This document shows positions 56,701-64,000 of a stretch of DNA of 64,000 nt, in pieces. The position numbers were made by a program, and so were the translations under genes. The first letter of the stretch is position 1; the number at the start of each line of letters is the position of its first letter. Origin of the DNA: Escherichia phage 236Ecol005PP. Where the stretch lies: the sequence record PP434423.1. The stretch is one strand, 5' to 3'. The notes under the pieces are model-generated. The model saw only the letters and a list, made by a program, of their open reading frames with translations. It did not search any database and had not been told where the DNA came from.

Positions 56701-58752
56701 TTATCCTTGAACGAACTTGTAAGGCATGTTTGCAATATCTATGCAAGACGCAATAATTCCAAGAGATGATTCTGCTTTCTGTTTAACATTTGATGAAACA
56801 AACGATGCAAAGTCAACTCTATCTTCTATATCACCTGTCATTGTAACCAATTCACCAGTTTCCATTAAACGGTCACCGTCATAAATTACCGATTCGGTGA
56901 GTTCTTCTGTGGTCATAACTTCAGCTTGAATAAGCTTGTTGTTAGTTCTAACTGTTCCATCGTTGTAAGATGCATCAGTTATTTTATTAACTTTGACCAT
57001 TAATCCACGTGGCAAAATGACTTCCATTTCATTTGAAGGCGCTAAACTTCCACCGGGTAAAACAACATTGACTTTATCAGCCCCAGTAATAACCCATCCA
57101 ATTCCAACTAAATTATCGCTAGAATTTACAAGTCCTTCATCAGTTTTATCAATAGAAACACTTAAACGCTTTTCGTCTGGTAAAACACCCACAGATGAAT
57201 CAGTCATCCAAGTACCAAAAATATTTGGATATAATGATGTTGACACAAAGTTTCTAAAATAAAAAACTCGATTTTTTACCATTGCTTCGTATATTGAAGG
57301 TAACATTCGTTGTGAACGATACAAAGTAATACCTTTTGGTAATCGTTCACCATTTTTAAAGGCTGAATCTAAATTATCAATGGCTTGTTCTATTTCAGGT
57401 GCTGTTAAAATACTTGTACGCTCATCTGGATTATATAATCCCAAAAGAGCATTATTCATGTCTACATATCCTGAACCTACATATTCACGAATTCCGCGTT
57501 TTTGCGCTGGTGTGTATTTAGATGAATCTTTATTTTCGACTATAGGATGTAATGACCATCCAGCGGTAAGAGCATATCCACGTAATTCTCTTCGAATAAT
57601 CTTTGTTTTTATTGCATTCCAAGAATTTTGTACTAACTCATTTGCAGCATCTTGGTTTAAATGCGAATGTCTGTTAATATTTCTTTCAAACCAAGCACCT
57701 TTATATTTTTCTAAAGTATCATCGACGATAGAAGCAATAGTTTCTAAAGTTTTTATTGAAGTAATAGATTCTTTTCGTAATTTTTCTAAAGCTTTATTTT
57801 TTATTTCTGCATTAATAATGGATTCTTTATCTTCAGGAATTATAGAAGCTTCTCTGAATGCCATCCCAGCTGTAACACTGCTAAGAGCATTCTCTAATGC
57901 AAATCCTGAAGTAGAAATAACAGTTAATTCGTTAGCATCAGAAATTAAAGGCGCGTCGGCGGGTTTATTTAATTCTGCTGCTGAAGCCTCAAATTTTTGA
58001 AACATTGGTGTTTCAAATCTAGAAGATTCCAATGACTGACTTTGTGCAATTGCTCTACGGGAAATTTTAACTTTAACAATAACAGCTTGGTCAGAACGTT
58101 TATCATTTTCTTGCGCAATAGATGCAGCAATTGCCTCATTTTTAGTTACTTGAGCTCCAGTATCTTTATTGATATAAACATCACCGACCTTCGATTCAAC
58201 TTTAGTAAAGAGCTCGGTGCTAATTTCCGGAACTCCTGGAATGTCTTCTAGTGATACATTTTTGCGATGTATAAGAATATATGCATACTTTTTATCGTAA
58301 TCCCAGAGTTCCTTAAGAAGGACGTATCTGCCACCTGAACGACTGCGGATAAGTCTATCAGCAATAACTTGAATTTGTCGAGCTTGACCAGCAGTTTTAG
58401 ACTTAAGAATACGAAGCATGCAGGCATCAATTTTATACTGACGCATCGTTTGCATCGCAACAGTAAAAACTGAATTGATGTAATTAATTGGGCTTGGACC
58501 GAGACCTTTTAATTTAGCAATTGAACCTTTAGCAGTTAATGTAAAAGGAACGATGTGCATCATTTTATCGCCCATCTTTAAATCACGGTTAGTATCACCT
58601 CCAGATGTATAAGTACATAAACGAAAGCCTGGTTGTTCTATTGCGTCATCAACATGAACTGAAAAAATTTGTGGTATTTTCTTCTTTGGATACAAATTTG
58701 TAATCGGAAGAGTAGTATTTTCGTCAAATAATTCTGTAATAAGTTCCATCAT
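56701..58752 (-). CDS. alt: Alt ADP-ribosyltransferase (virion-packaged)
   Basis: 683 aa; position between 54 and 30 and length as T4 Alt; two adjacent ATG starts. Confidence 0.85.
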   Translation of the reverse strand: MMELITELFDENTTLPITNLYPKKKIPQIFSVHVDDAIEQPGFRLCTYTSGGDTNRDLKMGDKMMHIVPFTLTAKGSIAKLKGLGPSPINYINSVFTVAMQTMRQYKIDACMLRILKSKTAGQARQIQVIADRLIRSRSGGRYVLLKELWDYDKKYAYILIHRKNVSLEDIPGVPEISTELFTKVESKVGDVYINKDTGAQVTKNEAIAASIAQENDKRSDQAVIVKVKISRRAIAQSQSLESSRFETPMFQKFEASAAELNKPADAPLISDANELTVISTSGFALENALSSVTAGMAFREASIIPEDKESIINAEIKNKALEKLRKESITSIKTLETIASIVDDTLEKYKGAWFERNINRHSHLNQDAANELVQNSWNAIKTKIIRRELRGYALTAGWSLHPIVENKDSSKYTPAQKRGIREYVGSGYVDMNNALLGLYNPDERTSILTAPEIEQAIDNLDSAFKNGERLPKGITLYRSQRMLPSIYEAMVKNRVFYFRNFVSTSLYPNIFGTWMTDSSVGVLPDEKRLSVSIDKTDEGLVNSSDNLVGIGWVITGADKVNVVLPGGSLAPSNEMEVILPRGLMVKVNKITDASYNDGTVRTNNKLIQAEVMTTEELTESVIYDGDRLMETGELVTMTGDIEDRVDFASFVSSNVKQKAESSLGIIASCIDIANMPYKFVQG

Positions 58753-58772
58753 ATCCTCTCTAGTGTTTATTC

Positions 58773-58780
58773 TATTTATA
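58773..58780 (-). promoter_or_regulatory. late promoter TATAAATA upstream of alt
   Basis: minus TATAAATA 21 nt upstream of alt ATG. Confidence 0.55.
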
Positions 58781-58786
58781 AAATTA

Positions 58787-58803
58787 AAGGCCCGAAGGCC
58801 TTT
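58787..58803 (-). terminator. hairpin AAGGCCTTCGGGCCTT between gene 30 operon and alt
   Basis: GC stem with TTCG loop overlapping the stop of ORF 58802-58990. Confidence 0.4.
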
Positions 58804-58990
58804 AATAATCTAATGGTAAGAGAGTACGATATATTTCAAACTTTGGCCCTTTTTCATAGGCATCAAATGTTTCTGAAAATTTATTATAAGCATATGCATC
58901 TACAAATTCGAGAATGATTTGTGATACAGAAGTAGAAACATCTCCACCTTCTTTTTGAGCAATGACAATTGTTTCTAAGTAAGCTTTCAT
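58802..58990 (-). CDS. hypothetical protein, 62 aa, translationally coupled to ligase
   Basis: ATG overlaps gene 30 stop (ATGA). Confidence 0.55.
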   Translation of the reverse strand: MKAYLETIVIAQKEGGDVSTSVSQIILEFVDAYAYNKFSETFDAYEKGPKFEIYRTLLPLDY

Positions 58991-60450
58991 AGACCAGTTA
59001 CCTCATGAAAATCGCCAAATACATCCTCGAATGTATTAGCTTTAGTTTTATCTTCACGTAAACGAATCGCAATCGGAAGAAATAATTTAACGTAATCAGT
59101 GCGGCCATCAGATTTTAACCAACCATTGCATTCGCACTCTAGAATTTTTCCAATATAATAATTTTGGTTTTCCATAATGCGAGTACGGTCAAGTTCATGC
59201 GATTTTACACCGGCTTTATCTTTTAAGCCTGAACCAGCATTTACTTTAATTTTTCCACACTCTGACTCAAGAATAAATCCACCTGCTTTAGTAGGGTCTT
59301 TACGGTGAGGATAAATTCCTACAATTTTTAAATCAACATCAATTACTTCTTTAAATTTATAGAGATTTTTTGAACGAGCATTTTCCCATAATCCATCGAT
59401 ATTTTTGAGAATAATACCTTCAAGACCTTGGTCAATATACTTTTTATAAATTACCTTAGCTTCATCTAGGTTATTTACTACCTGGTTTTCAATTAAAATT
59501 ACTTTATCATAGCCTGATGTCATTTGTTCTAGTTTAGAAAAACGTACATCATATTTCAAACGAAATGCAGGAAGACCGTATATTTCTACCAACGGGACAT
59601 AATCCCAGACCTGAAACTTCATGCATTGAGCTTCTTTTTCAGAAATGGTTCCCTTTAAAGATTTATTGGCGATGCCATTAGATGCAGTACGTGATTCAGC
59701 TACTTCTGTGAAGTCTTTAACTTTGCTGTTTTCAGGATGAGCATCAAAAAGAAAATCTAGGCCTTCTGGCTCCTTTTTAACTTGCTCATGGTATACCAAT
59801 TCGCCATCAATTAACACACCTTCTGGATGAATCTGGCGGGCTTCAGCAGTCATTTTGATTAACTCTTCCTTAAGAAGATCTAATCCTAGATATTCATTAC
59901 CGGCTCGTGATAAAAGACGAACATCATCTAATTCATCACCTCGGACTTCAGCAAAACACCGAGCTCCATCTGCTTTTAACTGTGCAAAGGCTGGAAACTT
60001 AATATTCTTATTAATGCCTTTTTCATCATAAGAACTTGCCAGCATTTGAGGTTGTTCAGGAATTAAACCTGACCAAACTTTGTTTGCAATAGATACTGAA
60101 GCACCGCATTCAAGGTCTCGCATCATAACTCGACGCAAAACTTCAACATCATTCTTTTTACCATCAGTGATATATCCAGTCAATTCCTCAATTGCAGCAT
60201 TTCCAGTCAATTTCCGAGTAGCTAATGTGAATTCAATGAAGTCAAGCATATCGGTAAGAGTCAACATTCCAAAACTCTGGGTAGTAATACCAGGTTTAGG
60301 CCATTTCTTGATATAATACTGCAACCCACGAGAATAAGTCAGACGATATACTCGTTTAAGCAATTCATTATCTTTATTCTTTTCAAGAATTGCTTGCTTC
60401 TGCTTAGTTGAACCAATAGATGCTATTTCGTTCAGAATTTTAAGAATCAT
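58987..60450 (-). CDS. 30: ATP-dependent DNA ligase
   Basis: MILKILNEIASIGSTKQKQAILEKNKDNELLKRVYRL... and KADG motif; 487 aa, T4 DNA ligase. Confidence 0.97.
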   Translation of the reverse strand: MILKILNEIASIGSTKQKQAILEKNKDNELLKRVYRLTYSRGLQYYIKKWPKPGITTQSFGMLTLTDMLDFIEFTLATRKLTGNAAIEELTGYITDGKKNDVEVLRRVMMRDLECGASVSIANKVWSGLIPEQPQMLASSYDEKGINKNIKFPAFAQLKADGARCFAEVRGDELDDVRLLSRAGNEYLGLDLLKEELIKMTAEARQIHPEGVLIDGELVYHEQVKKEPEGLDFLFDAHPENSKVKDFTEVAESRTASNGIANKSLKGTISEKEAQCMKFQVWDYVPLVEIYGLPAFRLKYDVRFSKLEQMTSGYDKVILIENQVVNNLDEAKVIYKKYIDQGLEGIILKNIDGLWENARSKNLYKFKEVIDVDLKIVGIYPHRKDPTKAGGFILESECGKIKVNAGSGLKDKAGVKSHELDRTRIMENQNYYIGKILECECNGWLKSDGRTDYVKLFLPIAIRLREDKTKANTFEDVFGDFHEVTGL

Positions 60451-60716
60451 TATTCATCCTTCAGAGTTTGGTTTACAGCTCTATTATAAATCAATTCATC
60501 ATTAAGCTCAGTCAAAGACTTATGATATGTGGTTCTAACTTTATTTCCTTGCATCCAGTGCTTGATATAAATGAAACCTTGCTCTACACATTTTTTAAAA
60601 ATTCGTTCGTCTTTTTGAGCTCGGAACTCTGGATTGCATCTAAAAAATTGATTTACGTGACCGTAATCACGTGTAGTATTACCTTCATTTTCATAAATAG
60701 TGTGAACAACAAACAT
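60450..60716 (-). CDS. hypothetical protein, 88 aa (first ORF upstream of ligase)
   Basis: ATG start; ATGA-type coupling. Confidence 0.6.
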   Translation of the reverse strand: MFVVHTIYENEGNTTRDYGHVNQFFRCNPEFRAQKDERIFKKCVEQGFIYIKHWMQGNKVRTTYHKSLTELNDELIYNRAVNQTLKDE

Positions 60717-61579
60717 TAGAATGCTCCTTGAAAAATATTATCACCACTAGTAAGTCTATTAAAATACCCTGCGTCGCCAGGCTTAATATAACTCCACGTG
60801 TGGAATGGATTCATATGATACGGGTGTGTATAATATGGATTATATGGATGTGTATAATATGGATGATATGGATTTAATCCAGGCGTTCTCCAGGTAGTGT
60901 TCCAAGGAAAAGAATCGTTTTTAACCATCTTCTCAATTACATCTTTTATAGCTTTTTCACTATCAAAACTTTCTTTATTTTCCTTTGGTGAAAAAAGCTT
61001 ATTCTCTACATCGTTCCATGTATAAACTCGCTGTGCAGTTTTTGGAATATTGTCACGCTCTCCTCGCGCCATCCAATAAACAGGAACATTTAATATTTCA
61101 TTCGCATGATCGCAATGGTGAGCAAGATCGTCAATATAACAAATTACGTTATATTTCTCTTTTGCCTTTTTGAATAACTCTTCTTTTGAAGAATCATGAC
61201 CACACATCATTACTTCTGAGAAGGCACCAGGAAAAAGAGCATTCAAATTAAATTGACGATTCAACAGAGCGTCAATAGAATCACCCAATGCTGTAACAGC
61301 TACAAAATTATAATCTTCTTTTAATTTGTTAATTACACACAGAGCATCTTTATACGGAGACAAGTAACGAATAAAATCTGAACGATTGTATTTTTCAATT
61401 AACTTGACGCCAAGTTCTTCATCACAATTAAATAGTTTACCTGGAGAAATAAATTTCTCATCTTGGATCATTTTTAAAATATGTTCTAACGGAAGATTAT
61501 ATTTCTGAGCAAAATAAGGAAGGCCTGATTGCCAGCTTAAACATACTCCATCAATATCAGTCAAAATAGTTGGCTTCAT
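60716..61579 (-). CDS. HAD-superfamily phosphatase (5-prime(3-prime)-deoxyribonucleotidase-like) with C-terminal Pro/Tyr/His repeat
   Basis: HAD motif I LTDIDGV near N-terminus; C-terminal NPYHPYYTHPYNPYYTHPYH. Confidence 0.7.
   Translation of the reverse strand: MKPTILTDIDGVCLSWQSGLPYFAQKYNLPLEHILKMIQDEKFISPGKLFNCDEELGVKLIEKYNRSDFIRYLSPYKDALCVINKLKEDYNFVAVTALGDSIDALLNRQFNLNALFPGAFSEVMMCGHDSSKEELFKKAKEKYNVICYIDDLAHHCDHANEILNVPVYWMARGERDNIPKTAQRVYTWNDVENKLFSPKENKESFDSEKAIKDVIEKMVKNDSFPWNTTWRTPGLNPYHPYYTHPYNPYYTHPYHMNPFHTWSYIKPGDAGYFNRLTSGDNIFQGAF
60825..60872 (-). repeat. 24-bp tandem direct repeat (x2) inside the HAD-like gene
   Basis: gtgtataatatggattatatggat / gtgtataatatggatgatatggat, one mismatch. 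Confidence 0.8.
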
Positions 61580-62034
61580 AGAGAGTCTCTTAATAGGTTT
61601 AACACATCAATAAATTCAGCTTCGGTTAGTATTGTATCATCTTTTGTTAGACCACTAGCCATGCTGTGCTTCAAAACTTTTCCTTTCGAGGCTTGTAATG
61701 CATCGCGAAAGCCCTTGTTTTGGAACGCTGCTTCAAAATATGCATTTGTGTATAATTCTTTCCACGCCGGAGAGTATCTTGAAAACGGAACTCCAAGCCA
61801 AAAGAGGGTCCCACGGTCCTGAGCTCTAGCATAAGACCTTCCAGCTTGTTGGGCGGCAAGCCCGGATAACCCAAATATACGACGCTGTTGTTCAACATTT
61901 TTCACCTTGCATCCTTGGAGGAATCCTTCGAGACCTCCAAATTGAATACCATCCATAACGAAAGGCCATTGGGCGAAATTACTTAATGCGCATGATGGCC
62001 ATCTAAAATTGCTTCTTATCTCTAACTCAGACAT
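61576..62034 (-). CDS. NADAR (YbiA/DUF1768)-like protein, 152 aa
   Basis: SNFAQWPF..DG..F...EGFLQGCK resembles the NADAR core by eye; ATG 62034 (track start 62040 is TTG). Confidence 0.55.
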   Translation of the reverse strand: MSELEIRSNFRWPSCALSNFAQWPFVMDGIQFGGLEGFLQGCKVKNVEQQRRIFGLSGLAAQQAGRSYARAQDRGTLFWLGVPFSRYSPAWKELYTNAYFEAAFQNKGFRDALQASKGKVLKHSMASGLTKDDTILTEAEFIDVLNLLRDSL

Positions 62035-62233
62035 TTTCAATACTTATAATTTCAACATCAGCCCAATGACCATAGCAAGGAAGACGAAATTCAACTGGCC
62101 AGTTAGGGTCCTTTTCTAATATAATAGACTGAACTTGTGGCTCTTCATGTTCATCGGTATACGGACCTTTATACGTTACTTTATATGTGACCTTAATGTA
62201 CTGAATTCCAAAAATCTTATTAATTATATTCAT
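62027..62233 (-). CDS. hypothetical protein, 68 aa
   Basis: ATG start; overlapping-stop coupling. Confidence 0.55.
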   Translation of the reverse strand: MNIINKIFGIQYIKVTYKVTYKGPYTDEHEEPQVQSIILEKDPNWPVEFRLPCYGHWADVEIISIENV

Positions 62234-62427
62234 ATTAATTCCTTTAATCCATAGATAGGAGATAATTCATCACCCATACGAAGGTCTTCATTTCCATCTA
62301 CCCAGGAAACAATATAAGCCTCTTTTATTTGAATACCACTCCATTTAAATGGAGGTAGAACCTTAGAAATTAATCCAGGTATACCAACTCCCTTTAATTC
62401 AACAGTTTGACCCGAAAAGAATTTCAT
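62230..62427 (-). CDS. hypothetical protein, 65 aa
   Basis: ATG start; coupled. Confidence 0.55.
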   Translation of the reverse strand: MKFFSGQTVELKGVGIPGLISKVLPPFKWSGIQIKEAYIVSWVDGNEDLRMGDELSPIYGLKELI

Positions 62428-62714
62428 TAGAACCTCATCTGAAAACCATGCGATTTAACATTACCGCCGCCAATATCAGAAATGTTAATTTCGCGCGCAA
62501 TTGAAGGGTCAATGTCAATTTCACGATTGAGTTTAGTGATAGCTAAAGTATCGCGTCCATTTACAGTACGGAACTCTAAAGGGCAGACTACATTAACGTA
62601 GTTTTTAATCGATTCACTGATAGGTTGCAAATGAGCAGGAAGGTCTTTAGGTGCCTTAGAGAAAACCACTTCACAGAAATTTTTGCGGGTATCAAAATAA
62701 GTAGTCATAAACAT
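62427..62714 (-). CDS. hypothetical protein, 95 aa
   Basis: ATG start; coupled. Confidence 0.55.
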   Translation of the reverse strand: MFMTTYFDTRKNFCEVVFSKAPKDLPAHLQPISESIKNYVNVVCPLEFRTVNGRDTLAITKLNREIDIDPSIAREINISDIGGGNVKSHGFQMRF

Positions 62715-62731
62715 AGTATTTTCCTCAGTAA

Positions 62732-62745
62732 GGGGCCGAAGCCCC
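62732..62745. terminator. GC hairpin GGGGCCGAAGCCCC
   Basis: same GNRA-hairpin sequence as at 3523 and 43417. Confidence 0.35.
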
Positions 62746-62755
62746 TCATTTTATT

Positions 62756-63121
62756 TTAAATATCAAATTCGTTAAGAACTACATCAAAGATCGCTTCAAG
62801 ATGCTCAGGTTTAGCTCTGTTACTCAGAATATGACGAATCCAAGTTTTAACCAGAAGCTTACGATTGACGCCATTCCAGCAAGGATGAGTCCCTAAATCA
62901 CGTTGACGGAAATCATCATCTAATGCGATTTTAAAAGAAGAACCTTCTTTCGTGATTGAAACCGTGATGCCATTTTCAAATCGCATATAAACGTAATTAG
63001 GAGTCATATACTGTTCAATTTCGCATACTGATCCATTTTGATGTTTCCAAAGGCAGATAGTATCAATAGAACCTGCAATACCGTTAGAAACATATTTACG
63101 TTCAAAGTTGATGTAGTTCAT
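62756..63121 (-). CDS. hypothetical protein, 121 aa
   Basis: ATG start; early promoter upstream. Confidence 0.6.
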   Translation of the reverse strand: MNYINFERKYVSNGIAGSIDTICLWKHQNGSVCEIEQYMTPNYVYMRFENGITVSITKEGSSFKIALDDDFRQRDLGTHPCWNGVNRKLLVKTWIRHILSNRAKPEHLEAIFDVVLNEFDI

Positions 63122-63158
63122 TTTTATTCTCCGAGATGTTTAATTGCGGTACAGGTAT

Positions 63159-63187
63159 ATAATATCATATCCTGTACCAAAGTAAAC
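63159..63187 (-). promoter_or_regulatory. T4-type early promoter (-35 GTTTAC, -10 TATTAT) bracketed by inverted repeat GGTACAGG/CCTGTACC
   Basis: GTTTAC-N17-TATTAT; 8-bp inverted repeat arms at 63149-63156 and 63171-63178. Confidence 0.5.
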
Positions 63188-63189
63188 AA

Positions 63190-63522
63190 TTATTTTACTA
63201 CTTTCCATTGCTGCATGTCAAGTTTACCAACTTTTTTCATCTTCTCAATTAAGCGTTCGACACGTTGGCGAGCTGTAACATAATACCATTCACCCAATTC
63301 ATTTTGTTCAATTTTTCCAACGATTACTGTATTCAATTCATAAATCCAACCAGTAAAGAAATTATGAACTTGAATTGTAAAGGTGAAATCTGTTCCCATA
63401 CCTTCTGTTGTTTCTACTTCAATAATATCACCTTCAACTGCCATTAAGAACCACATAGTTTCATCATATTTACCATTGAAGCATTTAATTTTAACTGTAG
63501 CGTTCAGATTAATCGTTTTCAT
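63190..63522 (-). CDS. hypothetical protein, 110 aa
   Basis: ATG with AAGGAG RBS. Confidence 0.65.
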   Translation of the reverse strand: MKTINLNATVKIKCFNGKYDETMWFLMAVEGDIIEVETTEGMGTDFTFTIQVHNFFTGWIYELNTVIVGKIEQNELGEWYYVTARQRVERLIEKMKKVGKLDMQQWKVVK

Positions 63523-63550
63523 TTTATTCTCCTTTGTTTGTGTAAGATAA

Positions 63551-63579
63551 TACTATTACAAAGGAACCATACTGTAAAC
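63551..63579 (-). promoter_or_regulatory. T4-type early promoter (-35 GTTTAC, -10 TAGTAT) bracketed by TGTAA/TTACA
   Basis: GTTTAC-N18-TAGTAT on minus strand. Confidence 0.4.
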
Positions 63580-63597
63580 AACTTTGTGCAATCTTTG

Positions 63598-63627
63598 GAA
63601 AATAAAAAAGGACTCCCGAAGGAGTCC
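63598..63627 (-). terminator. rho-independent terminator
   Basis: minus GGACUCCUUCGGGAGUCC followed by UUUUUUAUUUU. Confidence 0.7.
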
Positions 63628-63632
63628 TCAAC

Positions 63633-63809
63633 TTATGCTTTCTGCTTACCAAAACGAGAAGCATCATCTCGAAGAACCGCACGTGCTCGGCGCATGATCT
63701 TCTCAACAGTTTGATTGATACGAGAGTTCGACCCACGCTTGTAACCAGCGCGTTTAGAATCACCAACTTTCTTTTCAACTGCTTTCTTTGCTTTAGCTTG
63801 TTTTGCCAT
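63633..63809 (-). CDS. small highly basic protein, 58 aa
   Basis: ATG 63809 (M15 of track ORF 63633-63851); MAKQAKAKKAVEKK..., Lys/Arg-rich; terminator directly downstream. Confidence 0.5.
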   Translation of the reverse strand: MAKQAKAKKAVEKKVGDSKRAGYKRGSNSRINQTVEKIMRRARAVLRDDASRFGKQKA

Positions 63810-64000
63810 TATAAATTCTCTTTTAAATGAAAATGCAGGACTTATTGGCATTGCCTGCGCAAGCCCTCAAGGGGAACATAGGTTTTGGATATTTAACGAC
63901 AGGATAACCATAAACCCGTCATCATACCTTATAGCTCTTATCTGTTGCACACCGTTAGCTTAAAGGTTCCGGGTCCGATTTCTCGAGGATAAGATATATA

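Noticed and set aside
63524-63778. 84-aa minus-strand ORF overlapping the basic-protein ORF
   Set aside because: It reads through the strong terminator hairpin at 63598-63627 and lacks an RBS; the alternative frame (63633-63809) ends just before the terminator and is preferred.

Overview
This window is a T4-type (Tevenvirinae, Tequatrovirus-like) myophage genome segment with gene order and protein lengths matching phage T4 almost gene-for-gene. Reading left to right: an internal-protein/denV/lysozyme e/nudE early region on the minus strand; a cluster of 10 tRNAs with an adjacent T5orf172 (GIY-YIG-like) ORF and a tRNA-like RNA; a second internal-protein locus; 57B-57A-1-3-2-4; the late morphogenesis block on the plus strand (53, 5, 5.1, 5.4, 6-12, wac, 13-19, 20, 67, 68, 21-24); then rnlB, hoc, inh, segE, uvsW, uvsY, 25, 26, 51, 27, 28, 29, 48, 54, alt, DNA ligase 30 and the small-ORF cluster downstream of 30. 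Identifications rest on motifs readable in the translations (lysozyme GIGH, Nudix box, P-loops, KxHG/KADG nucleotidyltransferase motifs, fibritin foldon, GIY-YIG) plus T4 synteny and lengths recalled from memory; no database search was possible. It is not T4 itself: it carries tRNA-Tyr and tRNA-Asn beyond the canonical T4 set, a different internal-protein complement, no segD between 23 and 24, and small substitutions (e.g. foldon PKDG). There is no CRISPR array, integrase or transposon. Regulatory signals are abundant: TATAAATA late promoters, GTTTAC-N17/18-TAnnnT early promoters, MotA-box middle promoters and GC-hairpin terminators. The most interesting material is in accessory islands: five capsid-targeting-sequence proteins (candidate injected anti-defence effectors), the expanded tRNA set with the T5orf172 ORF, a PspA-like protein, promoters embedded in RBS-sequestering hairpins, a truncated alt paralogue, and a HAD-phosphatase/NADAR-like pair next to ligase. 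Note that the ORF track prints M for TTG/GTG starts; several starts were moved to the in-frame ATG with a Shine-Dalgarno.
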